DNA from: Candidatus Latescibacterota bacterium
GTDB lineage: Bacteria > Krumholzibacteriota > Krumholzibacteriia > WVZY01
Assembly: GCA_963791045.1 (NCBI GenBank)
Contig: CAWBQK010000007.1
Location: 220,524-284,523 of the forward strand
Direction of reading: 5' to 3'
DNA: 64,000 nt
Part shown: positions 23,408-33,581 of the stretch, piece after piece
Layout: every line of letters starts with the position of its first letter
How positions within the stretch are numbered: the first letter of the stretch is position 1
Made by a program: the position numbers and the translations under genes
The notes under the pieces: model-generated
Told to the model about the DNA's origin: nothing
The model's input: the letters and a program-made list of their open reading frames with translations, nothing else
The model's database searches: none

Positions 23408-24739
23408 ATGAGTAAAGAACGCGTTCTAATTATGGGTGCCGCTGGCAGGGATTTTCACAATTTCAACACGTTATATCGGGAGAACAACGACGTTGAAGTC
23501 GTCGCGTTCACGGCGACGCAGATCCCCAATATCGATGGACGACGCTATCCTGCGGAGATCGCGGGAGGAAATTACCCGAACGGGATACCCATCATTGCTG
23601 AAGACGATCTTTCGGAATTTGTTAAGAAAGAAAAAATCGACACGGCGGTGTTTTCGTACAGCGACGTTTCTTATGAATACGTCATGCGGATGAGCGCAAA
23701 GGTCAATGCTCTCGGCGTCGACTTCAAACTCATTGGCAACGAGGCGACGATGCTCAAGAGCGACAAACCCATCATCGCGGTTTGTGCCGTTAGAACTGGA
23801 GCCGGCAAGAGTCAAACCACGCGCCGTGTGGCGGAAATACTACGCGAAAAGGGTTACAGCATTGCGGTCGTCAGACACCCGATGCCGTACGGCGATCTGG
23901 TCAAGCAGGTCGTACAGCGGTTCGGCTCGCTCGAAGATCTCGATCTTCACGAATGCACGATTGAGGAACGCGAAGAATACGAACACCACATCGAAGTCGG
24001 GCATGTCGTGTTCGCCGGCGTTGACTACGGCAAGATCCTCGCCGAGGCGGGGAAGGAGGCCGATGTTGTTTTGTGGGATGGCGGAAACAACGATCTGCCT
24101 TTCTATTACCCTGACCTTTGGATCACGGTCGCTGATCCGCACAGACCCGGCCACGAAATCAGCTACTACCCGGGCGAGGTCAATGTGTACAGAGCCGACG
24201 TCGTCGTTGTTAATAAGGTCGATACGGCGGAAGAATCGGGTATTCAGACTGTCATCGCCAATGTTAAGGATCGTAATCCCAACGCGGAAATCATCCTCGC
24301 CGCATCGCCAATAACGCTCGAGGGCGAGTCGACGGACATCAAGGGTAAGCGTGTGCTCTGTGTCGAGGACGGACCGACATTGACCCACGGTGGGATGCAG
24401 TACGGCGCCGCCGTGGTTGCGGCCAAGAAATTTGGCGCGGCGGAAATCATCGACCCGAGACCGTTTGCCGTCGGTGAGATCAAGAAAACATTCGAGATCT
24501 ATCCGGGAATCGGCAAACTCCTTCCCGCGATGGGTTACGGCGACCAGCAGATCGAGGATCTGACAAAAACCATCGATGCGTCGGACGCGGAAATGGTTGT
24601 CGTCGGAACTCCGATCAAACTCGGCCGTGTGGCGAAATTCTCGAAACCATACGTTCAGGTTGGATACCATCTTGAGGAGCAGGGCAAACCGACGCTGAAT
24701 GAAGTGATGGACAAGTTCATTTCGGAGCATTTGAAGTAG
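23408..24739 (+). CDS. Cyclic-2,3-diphosphoglycerate-synthetase-like family protein, probably arginine synthetase (ArcE type)
   Basis: GAAGRDFHNFN, AVRTGAGKSQTTR, EEREEYE, WDGGNND, EDGPTLTHGGM, PAMGY. Confidence 0.7.
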   Translation: MSKERVLIMGAAGRDFHNFNTLYRENNDVEVVAFTATQIPNIDGRRYPAEIAGGNYPNGIPIIAEDDLSEFVKKEKIDTAVFSYSDVSYEYVMRMSAKVNALGVDFKLIGNEATMLKSDKPIIAVCAVRTGAGKSQTTRRVAEILREKGYSIAVVRHPMPYGDLVKQVVQRFGSLEDLDLHECTIEEREEYEHHIEVGHVVFAGVDYGKILAEAGKEADVVLWDGGNNDLPFYYPDLWITVADPHRPGHEISYYPGEVNVYRADVVVVNKVDTAEESGIQTVIANVKDRNPNAEIILAASPITLEGESTDIKGKRVLCVEDGPTLTHGGMQYGAAVVAAKKFGAAEIIDPRPFAVGEIKKTFEIYPGIGKLLPAMGYGDQQIEDLTKTIDASDAEMVVVGTPIKLGRVAKFSKPYVQVGYHLEEQGKPTLNEVMDKFISEHLK

Positions 24740-24812
24740 TAAGCCGGCTGGGGCGCCGGCGTCGGCGCCAATCGGGCGGGCAAAGAGTAAGTAGTTAAGA
24801 AGGGGCGAACCA

Positions 24813-25943
24813 ATGAAGATCCACGAATACCAGGCCAAGGAGCTTTTCCGGAGCGAGGGGATACCGGTGCCGCGTGGCGAGGTCGCGAAGACTCCCGAGG
24901 AGGCTTTCGAGATCGCCAAGAAATACGGCACGCAGGTCGTCGTGAAATCGCAGGTTCTCGTTGGCGGCAGGGGCAAGGCGGGCGGGGTCAAGCTCGCCGA
25001 TGACGCGGCCGAGGCAAAGACGCACGCCGAAGCGATTCTCGGGATGGACATCAAGGGTCTTACGGTAGACAAGGTACTTGTCACGGAGGCCGTCGACATC
25101 GCGAAGGAGATCTATCTCGGCGTCATCATGGATCGCAAAACCCAGATGCCGCTCATCATCGCGTCCGCGGCGGGTGGCGTCGAAATCGAGGTCGTGGCCC
25201 GCGAGAATCCGGAAGCGATTCACCGCGTGGCCATCGATCCGCGGTACGGCGTGATGCCGTTCCAGGCCCGCGGGCTTGCCGGCGCGCTGCACGAGGATTT
25301 TGCCGTGGCGCGGCAGATCGCATCGATTCTCGACAAACTCTACCGTGTGTTTGACAAGACCGATTCGAGCCTCGCCGAGATCAACCCGCTGGTTGTGACG
25401 CCCGAGGGAAACGTAGTCGCGATCGACGCGAAGATCAATATCGACGACAGCGCGCTTTACCGGCAGAAAGCGATCGAGGAATTGCGCGATGTGTCCGCGG
25501 AAGATCCGGGCGAGGTTGACGCAAGGGAGGCCGACCTCTCGTTCGTTAAGCTGGAAGGGACCGTTGGGTGTGTTGTCAACGGAGCGGGACTTGCGATGGC
25601 CACCATGGATCTGATCAAAACGTACGGCGGTCAGCCTGCCAACTTCCTCGACATCGGCGGGAGTTCGAATCCGCAGAAAGTGGTTACGGCTCTCAATATC
25701 ATTTTGCGCGATCCCAATGTGAAATCCATTTTCATAAATATTTTTGGAGGGATCACCCGGTGTGACGATGTTGCGCGCGGACTCGTTACGGCCTTCAAGG
25801 AACTAAACCTCGAACTCCCCGTCGTGGTCCGGCTTACCGGGACAAACGAGGAAGAGGCGAGGGTAATTCTGGCCGAGATGAGTTTCCACACGGCTTCAAC
25901 CATGGATGAAGGCGTCAACAAGGCCATCGAACTGGCGCGCTAA
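24813..25943 (+). CDS. sucC: Succinyl-CoA synthetase beta subunit
   Basis: [44 protein letters not shown]. Confidence 0.97.
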   Translation: MKIHEYQAKELFRSEGIPVPRGEVAKTPEEAFEIAKKYGTQVVVKSQVLVGGRGKAGGVKLADDAAEAKTHAEAILGMDIKGLTVDKVLVTEAVDIAKEIYLGVIMDRKTQMPLIIASAAGGVEIEVVARENPEAIHRVAIDPRYGVMPFQARGLAGALHEDFAVARQIASILDKLYRVFDKTDSSLAEINPLVVTPEGNVVAIDAKINIDDSALYRQKAIEELRDVSAEDPGEVDAREADLSFVKLEGTVGCVVNGAGLAMATMDLIKTYGGQPANFLDIGGSSNPQKVVTALNIILRDPNVKSIFINIFGGITRCDDVARGLVTAFKELNLELPVVVRLTGTNEEEARVILAEMSFHTASTMDEGVNKAIELAR

Positions 25944-25957
25944 AGAAGGAGTCTACG

Positions 25958-26833
25958 TTGAGTATTTTTATCAATGAAAACACGCGGCTTGTCGTCCAGG
26001 GTATCACCGGCCGGGATGGATCGTTCCATTCCGCTCAGATGCTCGAGTTTGGAACAAAACTAGTATCCGGTGTGACTCCCGGCAAAGGCGGACAACTTTT
26101 CGAGAAAAGTGTTCCCATTTTCAACACTGTAAAAGAAGCGGTTGACACGACGGGCGCCAATACATCGGTGATCTACGTTCGTGCGCCGTTCGCCGTCGAC
26201 GCGATATGCGAGGCGTCCGACGCCGGCGTCGATCTTGTTGTCTGTATCAGCGAGGGCGTGCCCGTCAGGGACGTGGCGAAAGCGATACCGTTTCTCGCGG
26301 CCAGGAACACGAGGCTCATCGGACCCAACTGTCCCGGCATCATCGCGCCGGGGAAGAAGGCCAAGGTCGGTATTCTTCCGGCGAGCATTTTCAAACCGGG
26401 ATCGATCGGAGTCGTTTCGAGAAGCGGAACGCTTACTTACGAAGTCGTGTTCCAGCTGACAGAGAACGGCTTTGGGCAGTCGACTTGCGTCGGTATCGGA
26501 GGGGACCCTCTCATCGGGACCAACTTCATCGATTCGCTCGACGCGTTCGAGAAGGACTCTGAGACCGAAGCGGTAGTCTTGATCGGGGAAATTGGCGGGA
26601 CCGACGAACAGGAAGCCGCCGAATTCATCACAAGCAACATGTCCAAGCCGGTTGTCGGTTTTATCGCGGGGCAGACCGCTCCGGAGGGAAAACGGATGGG
26701 TCATGCCGGCGCGATCGTTTCGGGGTCGGAAGGCACCGCGAAGGAAAAAATCGAGACATTTGAAAAGGCGGGCGTCCCTGTGGCAAAAGTGCCCTCGGAC
26801 ATCGCAGGCCTTGTAAAAAGCGTCCTTGCTTGA
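25958..26833 (+). CDS. sucD: Succinyl-CoA synthetase alpha subunit
   Basis: [36 protein letters not shown]. Confidence 0.97.
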   Translation: MSIFINENTRLVVQGITGRDGSFHSAQMLEFGTKLVSGVTPGKGGQLFEKSVPIFNTVKEAVDTTGANTSVIYVRAPFAVDAICEASDAGVDLVVCISEGVPVRDVAKAIPFLAARNTRLIGPNCPGIIAPGKKAKVGILPASIFKPGSIGVVSRSGTLTYEVVFQLTENGFGQSTCVGIGGDPLIGTNFIDSLDAFEKDSETEAVVLIGEIGGTDEQEAAEFITSNMSKPVVGFIAGQTAPEGKRMGHAGAIVSGSEGTAKEKIETFEKAGVPVAKVPSDIAGLVKSVLA

Positions 26834-26943
26834 GGGCGTACCGGCCCTCGGACATCGCAGGCCTTGTAAAAAGCGTCCTTGCTTGAGGGCGTACCGGCCC
26901 TCGGACATCGCAGGCCTGGTAAAAAGCGTCCTTGCTTGAGGGC
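26791..26943 (+). repeat. 53-bp tandem repeat (two full copies plus one 47-bp copy) of the sucD 3' end
   Basis: GCCCTCGGACATCGCAGGCCTTGTAAAAAGCGTCCTTGCTTGAGGGCGTACCG starts at 26791, 26844 and 26897; one T>G change in copy 3. Confidence 0.95.
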
Positions 26944-26994
26944 CGAATGACCGGGTTGCGGTCCGGCGCCGTGAACACAAAACAAAGGCTGGAA

Positions 26995-27396
26995 ATGAAC
27001 ACACTTCTGATGATCAAACCGGACATCGTGGCCGACGGGCGGTATGGGGAAGTCCTCGCTTTCGTTCTTAAGAACCGCTTCGAGGTAAAGAGCCTCCGCA
27101 TGGTACATATGGATCGGAGCCGTGCCGAAGATTTTTATGGTGTCCACAAAGGAAAAGAGTTTTTCGAAGCGCTGATCGAGTACATAACCAGTGGTCCGGT
27201 GGTTGCCATCGAGATCGTTGGCGAAGACATCATTCCCAGGATTCGCGCGTTCGTCGGTGCGACGGATCCGGCCAAAGCGGAGCCGGGAACGATCAGGTAT
27301 ATGTATGGTAACTCTATACAAAACAATGCCGTACACGCATCCGATGCGCCGGAGTCAGCGAAAAAAGAACTTGCAATCGTGTTCGGTGCCTCCTAA
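26995..27396 (+). CDS. ndk: Nucleoside diphosphate kinase
   Basis: IKPD, SGPV, GATDP..A.PGTIR, NAVHASD. Confidence 0.95.
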   Translation: MNTLLMIKPDIVADGRYGEVLAFVLKNRFEVKSLRMVHMDRSRAEDFYGVHKGKEFFEALIEYITSGPVVAIEIVGEDIIPRIRAFVGATDPAKAEPGTIRYMYGNSIQNNAVHASDAPESAKKELAIVFGAS

Positions 27397-27446
27397 ATTC
27401 GGTTCTGCGGCGTCCTCAAGCCCTGATAGACAAATGGGGTAGTGCG

Positions 27447-27965
27447 ATGAACATCGTTTTTGAAAGCCTCACCCCGGGGACACAGCATATATCAGGGGAC
27501 GAAGTAATACAATTTGAGGACGTCGGAGGTAATGAGAATAAAATCGATTGCCACGTAGATCTGACCGTTCGCAAGACCAACGATGCCATTTATGTCCACG
27601 CGGATTTAACGGGCGAGATGTCGACGTTTTGTCACAAGTGCCTCGAGCCTGCGAAATGCCGTGTTGAACCGTCTTTCGATGTCGTCTTTCGGAAGATGGA
27701 CTCGGTGACAGAAGCGAGTCAAGCGACCGGTGATGAAGATTTGATCTTTGTCTCGCCCGATGATAACCAGATATCGCTGGACGGGCAAATCTACGAAAAT
27801 TTGTTGGTCAACATGCCGATTCGCGTCGTTTGCAAGGACGATTGCAAAGGGCTTTGTTCGCGCTGCGGCGCGAACCTCAATTCCGGACAGTGCGATTGCG
27901 CCGAGGATATCGATCCGAGGTGGGAAGCGCTGCGAAAAATGAAAGACGACATATCAGATAAATAA
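27447..27965 (+). CDS. yceD: DUF177/YceD family protein
   Basis: C..CLEP, C..DCKGLC..CG.NLN, DPRWEAL; precedes rpmF. Confidence 0.9.
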   Translation: MNIVFESLTPGTQHISGDEVIQFEDVGGNENKIDCHVDLTVRKTNDAIYVHADLTGEMSTFCHKCLEPAKCRVEPSFDVVFRKMDSVTEASQATGDEDLIFVSPDDNQISLDGQIYENLLVNMPIRVVCKDDCKGLCSRCGANLNSGQCDCAEDIDPRWEALRKMKDDISDK

Positions 27966-27984
27966 AGGATCAAAGGAGAATCCG

Positions 27985-28170
27985 ATGGCTGTTCCCAAGA
28001 GACGAACCTCAAAAGCCAGGAAGAACAAGAGAAGAGCAAACTGGAAGCTCATCAGCCCGACGTTGGGCCGTTGTTCGCACTGTCACCAATTGAAACCGCC
28101 GCACAGCGTGTGCCCCAACTGTGGTTTCTACGCAGGGCGCGAAGTCATAAAGATCGAAGAAGAGCTTTAA
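27985..28170 (+). CDS. rpmF: 50S ribosomal protein L32
   Basis: MAVPKRRTSK...CSHC...CPNCGFY. Confidence 0.97.
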   Translation: MAVPKRRTSKARKNKRRANWKLISPTLGRCSHCHQLKPPHSVCPNCGFYAGREVIKIEEEL

Positions 28171-28182
28171 GGCGGTGATGAT

Positions 28183-29202
28183 TTGAGAATCGCTGTTGAC
28201 GCGATGGGGGGAGACCGTGGTCCCGAAATCGTCGCAAGGGCCGCCGTTGAAGCGGCTAAAAGCGATCCGTCAAATCTCACCATGGTAATTGTTGGTGACG
28301 GACAACGTCTCGAATCGATTCTCGGCGATATCGCGTCTGTGCCGGCGAATGTCGAGATCGTCCACGCGTCGGAAACTGTTGGAATGTCCGAAGCGCCCGC
28401 CCTTGCCATCCGCAAAAAGAAAGACTCGTCGATAGCCGTCGCGCTCGGACTCATGAAAGATCGCTCGGTCGATGGTATCGTGAGCGCCGGCAACACCGGG
28501 GCCATGGTCGGCGGATCGCTGGTGACACTCGGGCGCCTTCACGGTGTGACGAGACCGGGGCTTGCGATGTTCTACCCAACCAAATCGGGGTGGGTTGTCG
28601 TTCTCGACATCGGGGCCAACTCAACTTGCGTTCCCCAGAATCTCTACCAGTTCGGAATTATGGGCTCGATATTCGCGGAATGTCATCTCGATGTCAGTAA
28701 TCCGCGGGTTGGGCTACTGAACATCGGGGAAGAGAGCAGCAAGGGGACGGAGATCGTCAAAGAAGCCTATCAGCTACTCAAACACGGCAATTTGAATTTC
28801 GTCGGCAACGTCGAAGGTGGGGATGTGTTCGGAGGAGGTGTGGACGTTGTGGTTTGTGACGGCTTTGTCGGCAATATTCTCCTCAAGTTTGGTGAAAGTA
28901 TCGTGGGGATCACGACAAATTTGCTCCGCGAGGAAATCAAGCGAAGCCTCCTGGCAAAGCTCGGAGCGGTTCTCATGAAACGTGTGTTCTCGACATTTCG
29001 CTCTCGACTCGATTACGCGGAGTTTGGCGGCGCGCCGCTTTTGGGTATCAACGGAGTGATTATTATTTGTCACGGCAAAAGTTCGGTCCGCGCGATTCGC
29101 AACGGGATAAACATGGCGCGACGGTTTGTCGAATACGATGTCAACAAACATATAGAAGAACGTTTTATAAAAACGGCGGATAACGTTGCAAAAGAGTCTT
29201 AG
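28183..29202 (+). CDS. plsX: Phosphate acyltransferase PlsX
   Basis: IAVDAMGGD, SAGNTGA, LLNIGEE, VCDGFVGN, HGKSS. Confidence 0.96.
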   Translation: MRIAVDAMGGDRGPEIVARAAVEAAKSDPSNLTMVIVGDGQRLESILGDIASVPANVEIVHASETVGMSEAPALAIRKKKDSSIAVALGLMKDRSVDGIVSAGNTGAMVGGSLVTLGRLHGVTRPGLAMFYPTKSGWVVVLDIGANSTCVPQNLYQFGIMGSIFAECHLDVSNPRVGLLNIGEESSKGTEIVKEAYQLLKHGNLNFVGNVEGGDVFGGGVDVVVCDGFVGNILLKFGESIVGITTNLLREEIKRSLLAKLGAVLMKRVFSTFRSRLDYAEFGGAPLLGINGVIIICHGKSSVRAIRNGINMARRFVEYDVNKHIEERFIKTADNVAKES

Positions 29203-30181
29203 GGGATCAAAGATAACCGGGACGGGGCGCTACACTCCGGAAAAGGTGCTGACCAACTTCGATCTGGAGAAGATGGTTGATACCACCGACGAGTGGATCG
29301 TGACCCGGACGGGGATCCGCGAGCGTCGAATCGCCGCGCCTTCCCAGGCAACGTCGGATATCGCCATCCCCGCAGCGAGGGCGGCGCTCGAAAGCGCCGG
29401 TGTCGATGCGAGGGAACTCGACGGGATCATCCTCGCGACCGTCCTCGGTGACATGGTGTTTCCCGCCACCGCTTGCCTCGTCCAGAATGCCATTGGAGCG
29501 ACGAATGCCGCCGCGTTCGATATCAATGCGGCGTGCAGCGGATTTATCTTCGGAATCAACCAGGCCCATGCACTGATTTCATCCGGACAGATGGATAAAG
29601 TTCTCGTCATCGGCGTGGAAGTTTTGAGCAAAATTACGGATTGGTCGGACCGGGCCACTTGCGTGCTGTTCGGTGACGGCGGTGGGGCGGTGGTCGTCGA
29701 GGCGTGTCCGGCGGGCGAGGGAATTCTCGGAACGTTTATGAAGAGTGACGGAAACCTCGCCGAGCTTCTCCACATTCCCGCCGGCGGGACGCGGATTCCG
29801 ATTTCCAGCGACGCGATCGATCGGCGCGACCATCTGATAAAAATGAAGGGCGACGGTGTTTTCAGGTACGCCGTGCGCGCGATGGAGGACGCGACGAGTC
29901 ATGTTCTCGATCAGGCGGGCCTGTCGATTGAGGACCTGGATTTGTTCATTCCGCACCAGGCCAATGTAAGAATTATAGATGCCGTTCGAAGGCGGCTCAA
30001 ACTGCCGAACGAAAAAGTGATTGTAAACATAGACAAATATGGAAATTCATCGGCTGGGACTATTCCGATAGCCTTAGACGAGGTGGCGCGGAACCGGGGA
30101 CTCAATGAGGGAGACCTCGTGCTACTCGTCGCCTTTGGCGGCGGCCTCACATGGGGCGCCGTGCTTTTTCGAAACGTGTAG
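29186..30181 (+). CDS. fabH: 3-oxoacyl-ACP synthase III
   Basis: WIVTRTGIRERR, AACSGF, FGDG, PHQAN, YGNSS, FGGGLTWG. Confidence 0.96.
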   Translation: MQKSLRGSKITGTGRYTPEKVLTNFDLEKMVDTTDEWIVTRTGIRERRIAAPSQATSDIAIPAARAALESAGVDARELDGIILATVLGDMVFPATACLVQNAIGATNAAAFDINAACSGFIFGINQAHALISSGQMDKVLVIGVEVLSKITDWSDRATCVLFGDGGGAVVVEACPAGEGILGTFMKSDGNLAELLHIPAGGTRIPISSDAIDRRDHLIKMKGDGVFRYAVRAMEDATSHVLDQAGLSIEDLDLFIPHQANVRIIDAVRRRLKLPNEKVIVNIDKYGNSSAGTIPIALDEVARNRGLNEGDLVLLVAFGGGLTWGAVLFRNV

Positions 30182-30241
30182 CCGGAACGCAGCGAGTCGG
30201 CTGACGGACGATTCAACCAGAACTTCAGGAGAAATATCTCA

Positions 30242-31171
30242 ATGGATTGTGCGATGCTTTTTCCCGGACAGGCGTCCCAGTACGTCGGAATGGGCCGGGA
30301 CTACTATGATGCTTGCGAGAACGTGCGCGCCACGTATGACGAGGCCAACCGTGCGCTCGGGTTTGACATCAGGGGCCTTTCGTTCGAGGGTGACCTCGAA
30401 GAGCTTACAAAGACACACAATGCGCAGCCGGCGATTCTGGTCCACAGCGTCGCCGTATATCGCGCACTCGTCGAGAAGGGATTCAATCCAAAAGTGGTCG
30501 CCGGGCACAGCCTCGGCGAGTTTTCGGCGCTGGTCGCCGCGGGTTACTTCGAGTATCTCGATGCGCTTCTCATCGTAAGAAAGAGGGGCGAGTTGATGTA
30601 CGAGGCCGGTCTCGAGAAGCCCGGTACGATGGCGGCGATAATCGGGATGAACGAAGAGCAGGTCCGGGAATGCGTCGAAGAGGCGTCGAGCACCGGGGTT
30701 GTCGTTATCGCCAACCTCAATTCGCCGGCCCAGTACGCGATCTCGGGAGAGGTCGATGCGATAGACAAAGCGGTGGAGGTTGCCAAGGAACGGGGAGCCA
30801 AACGCGCGATGCGGCTGCAAGTTAGCGGGGCATTCCATTCGCCGTTGATGGGGAAAACGTCGGAGGCCCTGACGGCCTACATCCAGAAATTTAAAAAGGG
30901 CCGTCTTGGCGTGTCGTGGATCGCGAATGTTACCGGAACCGCCGTGACGGACGACCAACGCGTGCCGGAACTGCTTTCAAAACAACTTTCATCGCCGGTC
31001 CAGTGGGTCAAGAGCATGCAGACGCTCTCCGATATCTACGAGGGATCGGTTTTCGAGGTAGGCCCTGGAAAGGTGCTCACGGGGCTGATGAAGAGGATAT
31101 GCGGCGAACTGCCCGTTGTTTCCCTGACCGATGTCGGGAGCCTTCAGGCCGCGCTTGAGATGCGGAAATAG
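30242..31171 (+). CDS. fabD: Malonyl-CoA:ACP transacylase
   Basis: FPGQ, GHSLGE, VSGAFHS. Confidence 0.96.
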   Translation: MDCAMLFPGQASQYVGMGRDYYDACENVRATYDEANRALGFDIRGLSFEGDLEELTKTHNAQPAILVHSVAVYRALVEKGFNPKVVAGHSLGEFSALVAAGYFEYLDALLIVRKRGELMYEAGLEKPGTMAAIIGMNEEQVRECVEEASSTGVVVIANLNSPAQYAISGEVDAIDKAVEVAKERGAKRAMRLQVSGAFHSPLMGKTSEALTAYIQKFKKGRLGVSWIANVTGTAVTDDQRVPELLSKQLSSPVQWVKSMQTLSDIYEGSVFEVGPGKVLTGLMKRICGELPVVSLTDVGSLQAALEMRK

Positions 31172-31267
31172 TCTTTTCTGTGTCGCGCCCCCGGCGATTC
31201 AACAACTTTTTGTTTGACCGGGAGGGCATGTTCTGATTATAAAATGGCGAGAAATCGGGAGGAATCC

Positions 31268-32011
31268 ATGGAACACTCGGGAAAAATCGCGTTCGTCACA
31301 GGCGGGTCGCGCGGTATCGGAAAAGAGATTTCACTGTCTCTGGCAAAGGCCGGAGCCGATGTTGCGATCGCTGATATAATGGAATCCGAGGCCCAGGTCA
31401 CGGCCGGTGAACTCGGCGAGCTCGGCATCCGCGCAAAAGGGTATGGATGCGATGTGTCGTCGTTCGAAGATGTCGAACGGGTCGGCAAGGCGGTCCTCGA
31501 TGATTTCGGCAAGGTTGATTTTCTGGTCAACAACGCCGGCATCACCAGGGACAAGCTCCTTCTCCGGATGAAACCCGAGGATTGGGGCCAGGTTATCGAT
31601 GTCAACCTCACCGGCGTTTTCAATGTTGTCAAAGTGTTCTCGCCGTCCATGCTAAAGCAAAAGACGGGCAAGATCGTCAACATCAGTTCGGTGATCGGTC
31701 AGATGGGGAACGCCGGACAGTCGAATTACTCGGCGAGCAAGGCCGGTGTTATCGGTCTGACAAAATCGCTCGCCCGTGAATTCGCTCCGCGCGGGATAAC
31801 GGTTAACGCCGTCGCTCCCGGGTTTATCCAGACGGCCATGACCGACAAACTCAGCGATGAGGTCAGAGAGCAACTTCTTGGTTCGATCCCATTGGGCCGT
31901 CTCGGTACCGTCGAAGATGTGGCGAATATAGTTATGTTTTTGTTTTCTGAAATGGCTGATTATGTTACCGGTCAGGTCGTCAACTGTGACGGCGGAATGG
32001 TAATGGCGTAA
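31268..32011 (+). CDS. fabG: 3-oxoacyl-ACP reductase
   Basis: TGGSRGIG, NNAGITRD, YSASK, NAVAPGFI. Confidence 0.96.
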   Translation: MEHSGKIAFVTGGSRGIGKEISLSLAKAGADVAIADIMESEAQVTAGELGELGIRAKGYGCDVSSFEDVERVGKAVLDDFGKVDFLVNNAGITRDKLLLRMKPEDWGQVIDVNLTGVFNVVKVFSPSMLKQKTGKIVNISSVIGQMGNAGQSNYSASKAGVIGLTKSLAREFAPRGITVNAVAPGFIQTAMTDKLSDEVREQLLGSIPLGRLGTVEDVANIVMFLFSEMADYVTGQVVNCDGGMVMA

Positions 32012-32038
32012 ACTGTATATTCAGGAGGTGTCTGTTAC

Positions 32039-32275
32039 ATGTCGAGCAACGAAGAAAAAGTCAAAAAGATCATCGAGGAAAAACTTTCGGTTAACGCCGA
32101 TCAGATCACACTCGAAGCCAAGTTCGCCGAAGATTTGAAAGCCGACTCCCTCGACACGGTCGAGTTGGTTATGGCGCTCGAGGATGAGTTCGGGCTTGAT
32201 ATCCCCGATGAAGAAGCCGACAAAATCAAGACCGTTGGTGACGCGATCAAATATATCGAAAGTAAACAAGGCTAG
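32039..32275 (+). CDS. acpP: Acyl carrier protein
   Basis: [17 protein letters not shown]. Confidence 0.97.
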   Translation: MSSNEEKVKKIIEEKLSVNADQITLEAKFAEDLKADSLDTVELVMALEDEFGLDIPDEEADKIKTVGDAIKYIESKQG

Positions 32276-32325
32276 TATATCGGCGCCGAGGATAGCGGCG
32301 CCAAAAACCCACCGGGAGTTGGGAT

Positions 32326-33576
32326 ATGAGCGATTCAGGCGGATCCAAACGCGTCGTTATCACTGGGATGGGAACCGCGACCGCGGCGGGCCTGTCCGTC
32401 GATGACATGTGGTCTGGTTTTCTGGCGGGGAAGAGTTCGGTTTCAAGGATCGAATGTTTTGACACGACTGCTTACGCGTCAAAAATCGGTTCGGAGATCA
32501 AGAATTTCGACCCGATGGATTTCATGGATCCCAAGGATGCGAAACACACGGATCGCTCCGTCCACCTGGCCGCTTGCGCGGCGCGAGAGTGTCTCAAGGA
32601 CCACCCGATCGATAAATATGACCGCAACCGGGTGGGTGTTGTCATCGGTTCGGGTATTGGTGGAATCGCCACGCTCGAACGCCAGCACAAGATTCTTCTC
32701 AAGCGCGGTCCGGGGAAACTGAGCCCGTTTTTTATTCCGATGATGATCGCGGACATGGCGTCGGGCCACGTCTCGATCGTCTATGGGTTCAAGGGTCCGA
32801 ATTATGCGGCCGTGTCGGCGTGCTCGTCCGCCGGGAATGCGATTGCTGATTCCTTCATGCTCATCAAGTCGGGATTGGCCGACGCCGTTTTGACCGGTGG
32901 GACGGAGGCGGGCATCACCGAGACATCGCTCGGCGGCTTTTGCGCATTGAGGGCGCTGTCAACACGGAACGACGAGCCCGAAAAAGCGTCACGCCCGTTC
33001 GACGCCGAGCGCGATGGATTTGTTCTTGGAGAAGGGTCGGGAATCATATTTCTCGAAGAACTCGAACATGCCAGAAAATACGGGTCCCCTATACTTGCCG
33101 AACTTGTCGGGGTTGGTTTAACCGGTGACGCATACCACATGACATCGCCGCCGCCTGACGGAGACGGCGCGATAAGGGCGATGAAGGCCGCGCTGGACGT
33201 CGCCGGTATCGGGCCCGCCGAGATCGGATATATCAACGCGCACGGAACGAGTACCAAACTCAACGACGCGGCTGAATCCGCCGGGATAAAAAAAGTGTTT
33301 GGTGAGCACGCCAGGTCTCTCAAAGTGAGTTCGACCAAGTCGATGACCGGGCACCTTCTGGGCGCCGGCGCCGCGGTCGAACTTATCGCGTGCATTCTGG
33401 CGATTCGCGACGGCAAGATTCCTCCGACGATCAATTATGAGAATCCCGATCCCGAATGCGATCTCGAGTATGTGCCGAACCAGGCGATCGATTGCGATTT
33501 TGATACCGCGCTCTCGAACTCGTTTGGATTTGGCGGTCATAACTGTTCTCTCATTGTAAAACGCTTCGTTCCCTAG
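32326..33576 (+). CDS. fabF: 3-oxoacyl-ACP synthase II
   Basis: SACSS, SRPFD..RDGFV, NAHGTST, STKSMTGH, SNSFGFGGHN. Confidence 0.96.
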   Translation: MSDSGGSKRVVITGMGTATAAGLSVDDMWSGFLAGKSSVSRIECFDTTAYASKIGSEIKNFDPMDFMDPKDAKHTDRSVHLAACAARECLKDHPIDKYDRNRVGVVIGSGIGGIATLERQHKILLKRGPGKLSPFFIPMMIADMASGHVSIVYGFKGPNYAAVSACSSAGNAIADSFMLIKSGLADAVLTGGTEAGITETSLGGFCALRALSTRNDEPEKASRPFDAERDGFVLGEGSGIIFLEELEHARKYGSPILAELVGVGLTGDAYHMTSPPPDGDGAIRAMKAALDVAGIGPAEIGYINAHGTSTKLNDAAESAGIKKVFGEHARSLKVSSTKSMTGHLLGAGAAVELIACILAIRDGKIPPTINYENPDPECDLEYVPNQAIDCDFDTALSNSFGFGGHNCSLIVKRFVP

Positions 33577-33581
33577 CTCGA

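Noticed and set aside
23408..24739. True cyclic 2,3-diphosphoglycerate synthetase
   Set aside because: It lacks the N-terminal DGEHY-type motif I recall for cDPGS, and there is no adjacent 2-phosphoglycerate kinase.
26791..26943. Possible mini-CRISPR array
   Set aside because: The 6-bp 'spacers' are identical, the repeat is sucD coding sequence, and no cas genes are present.
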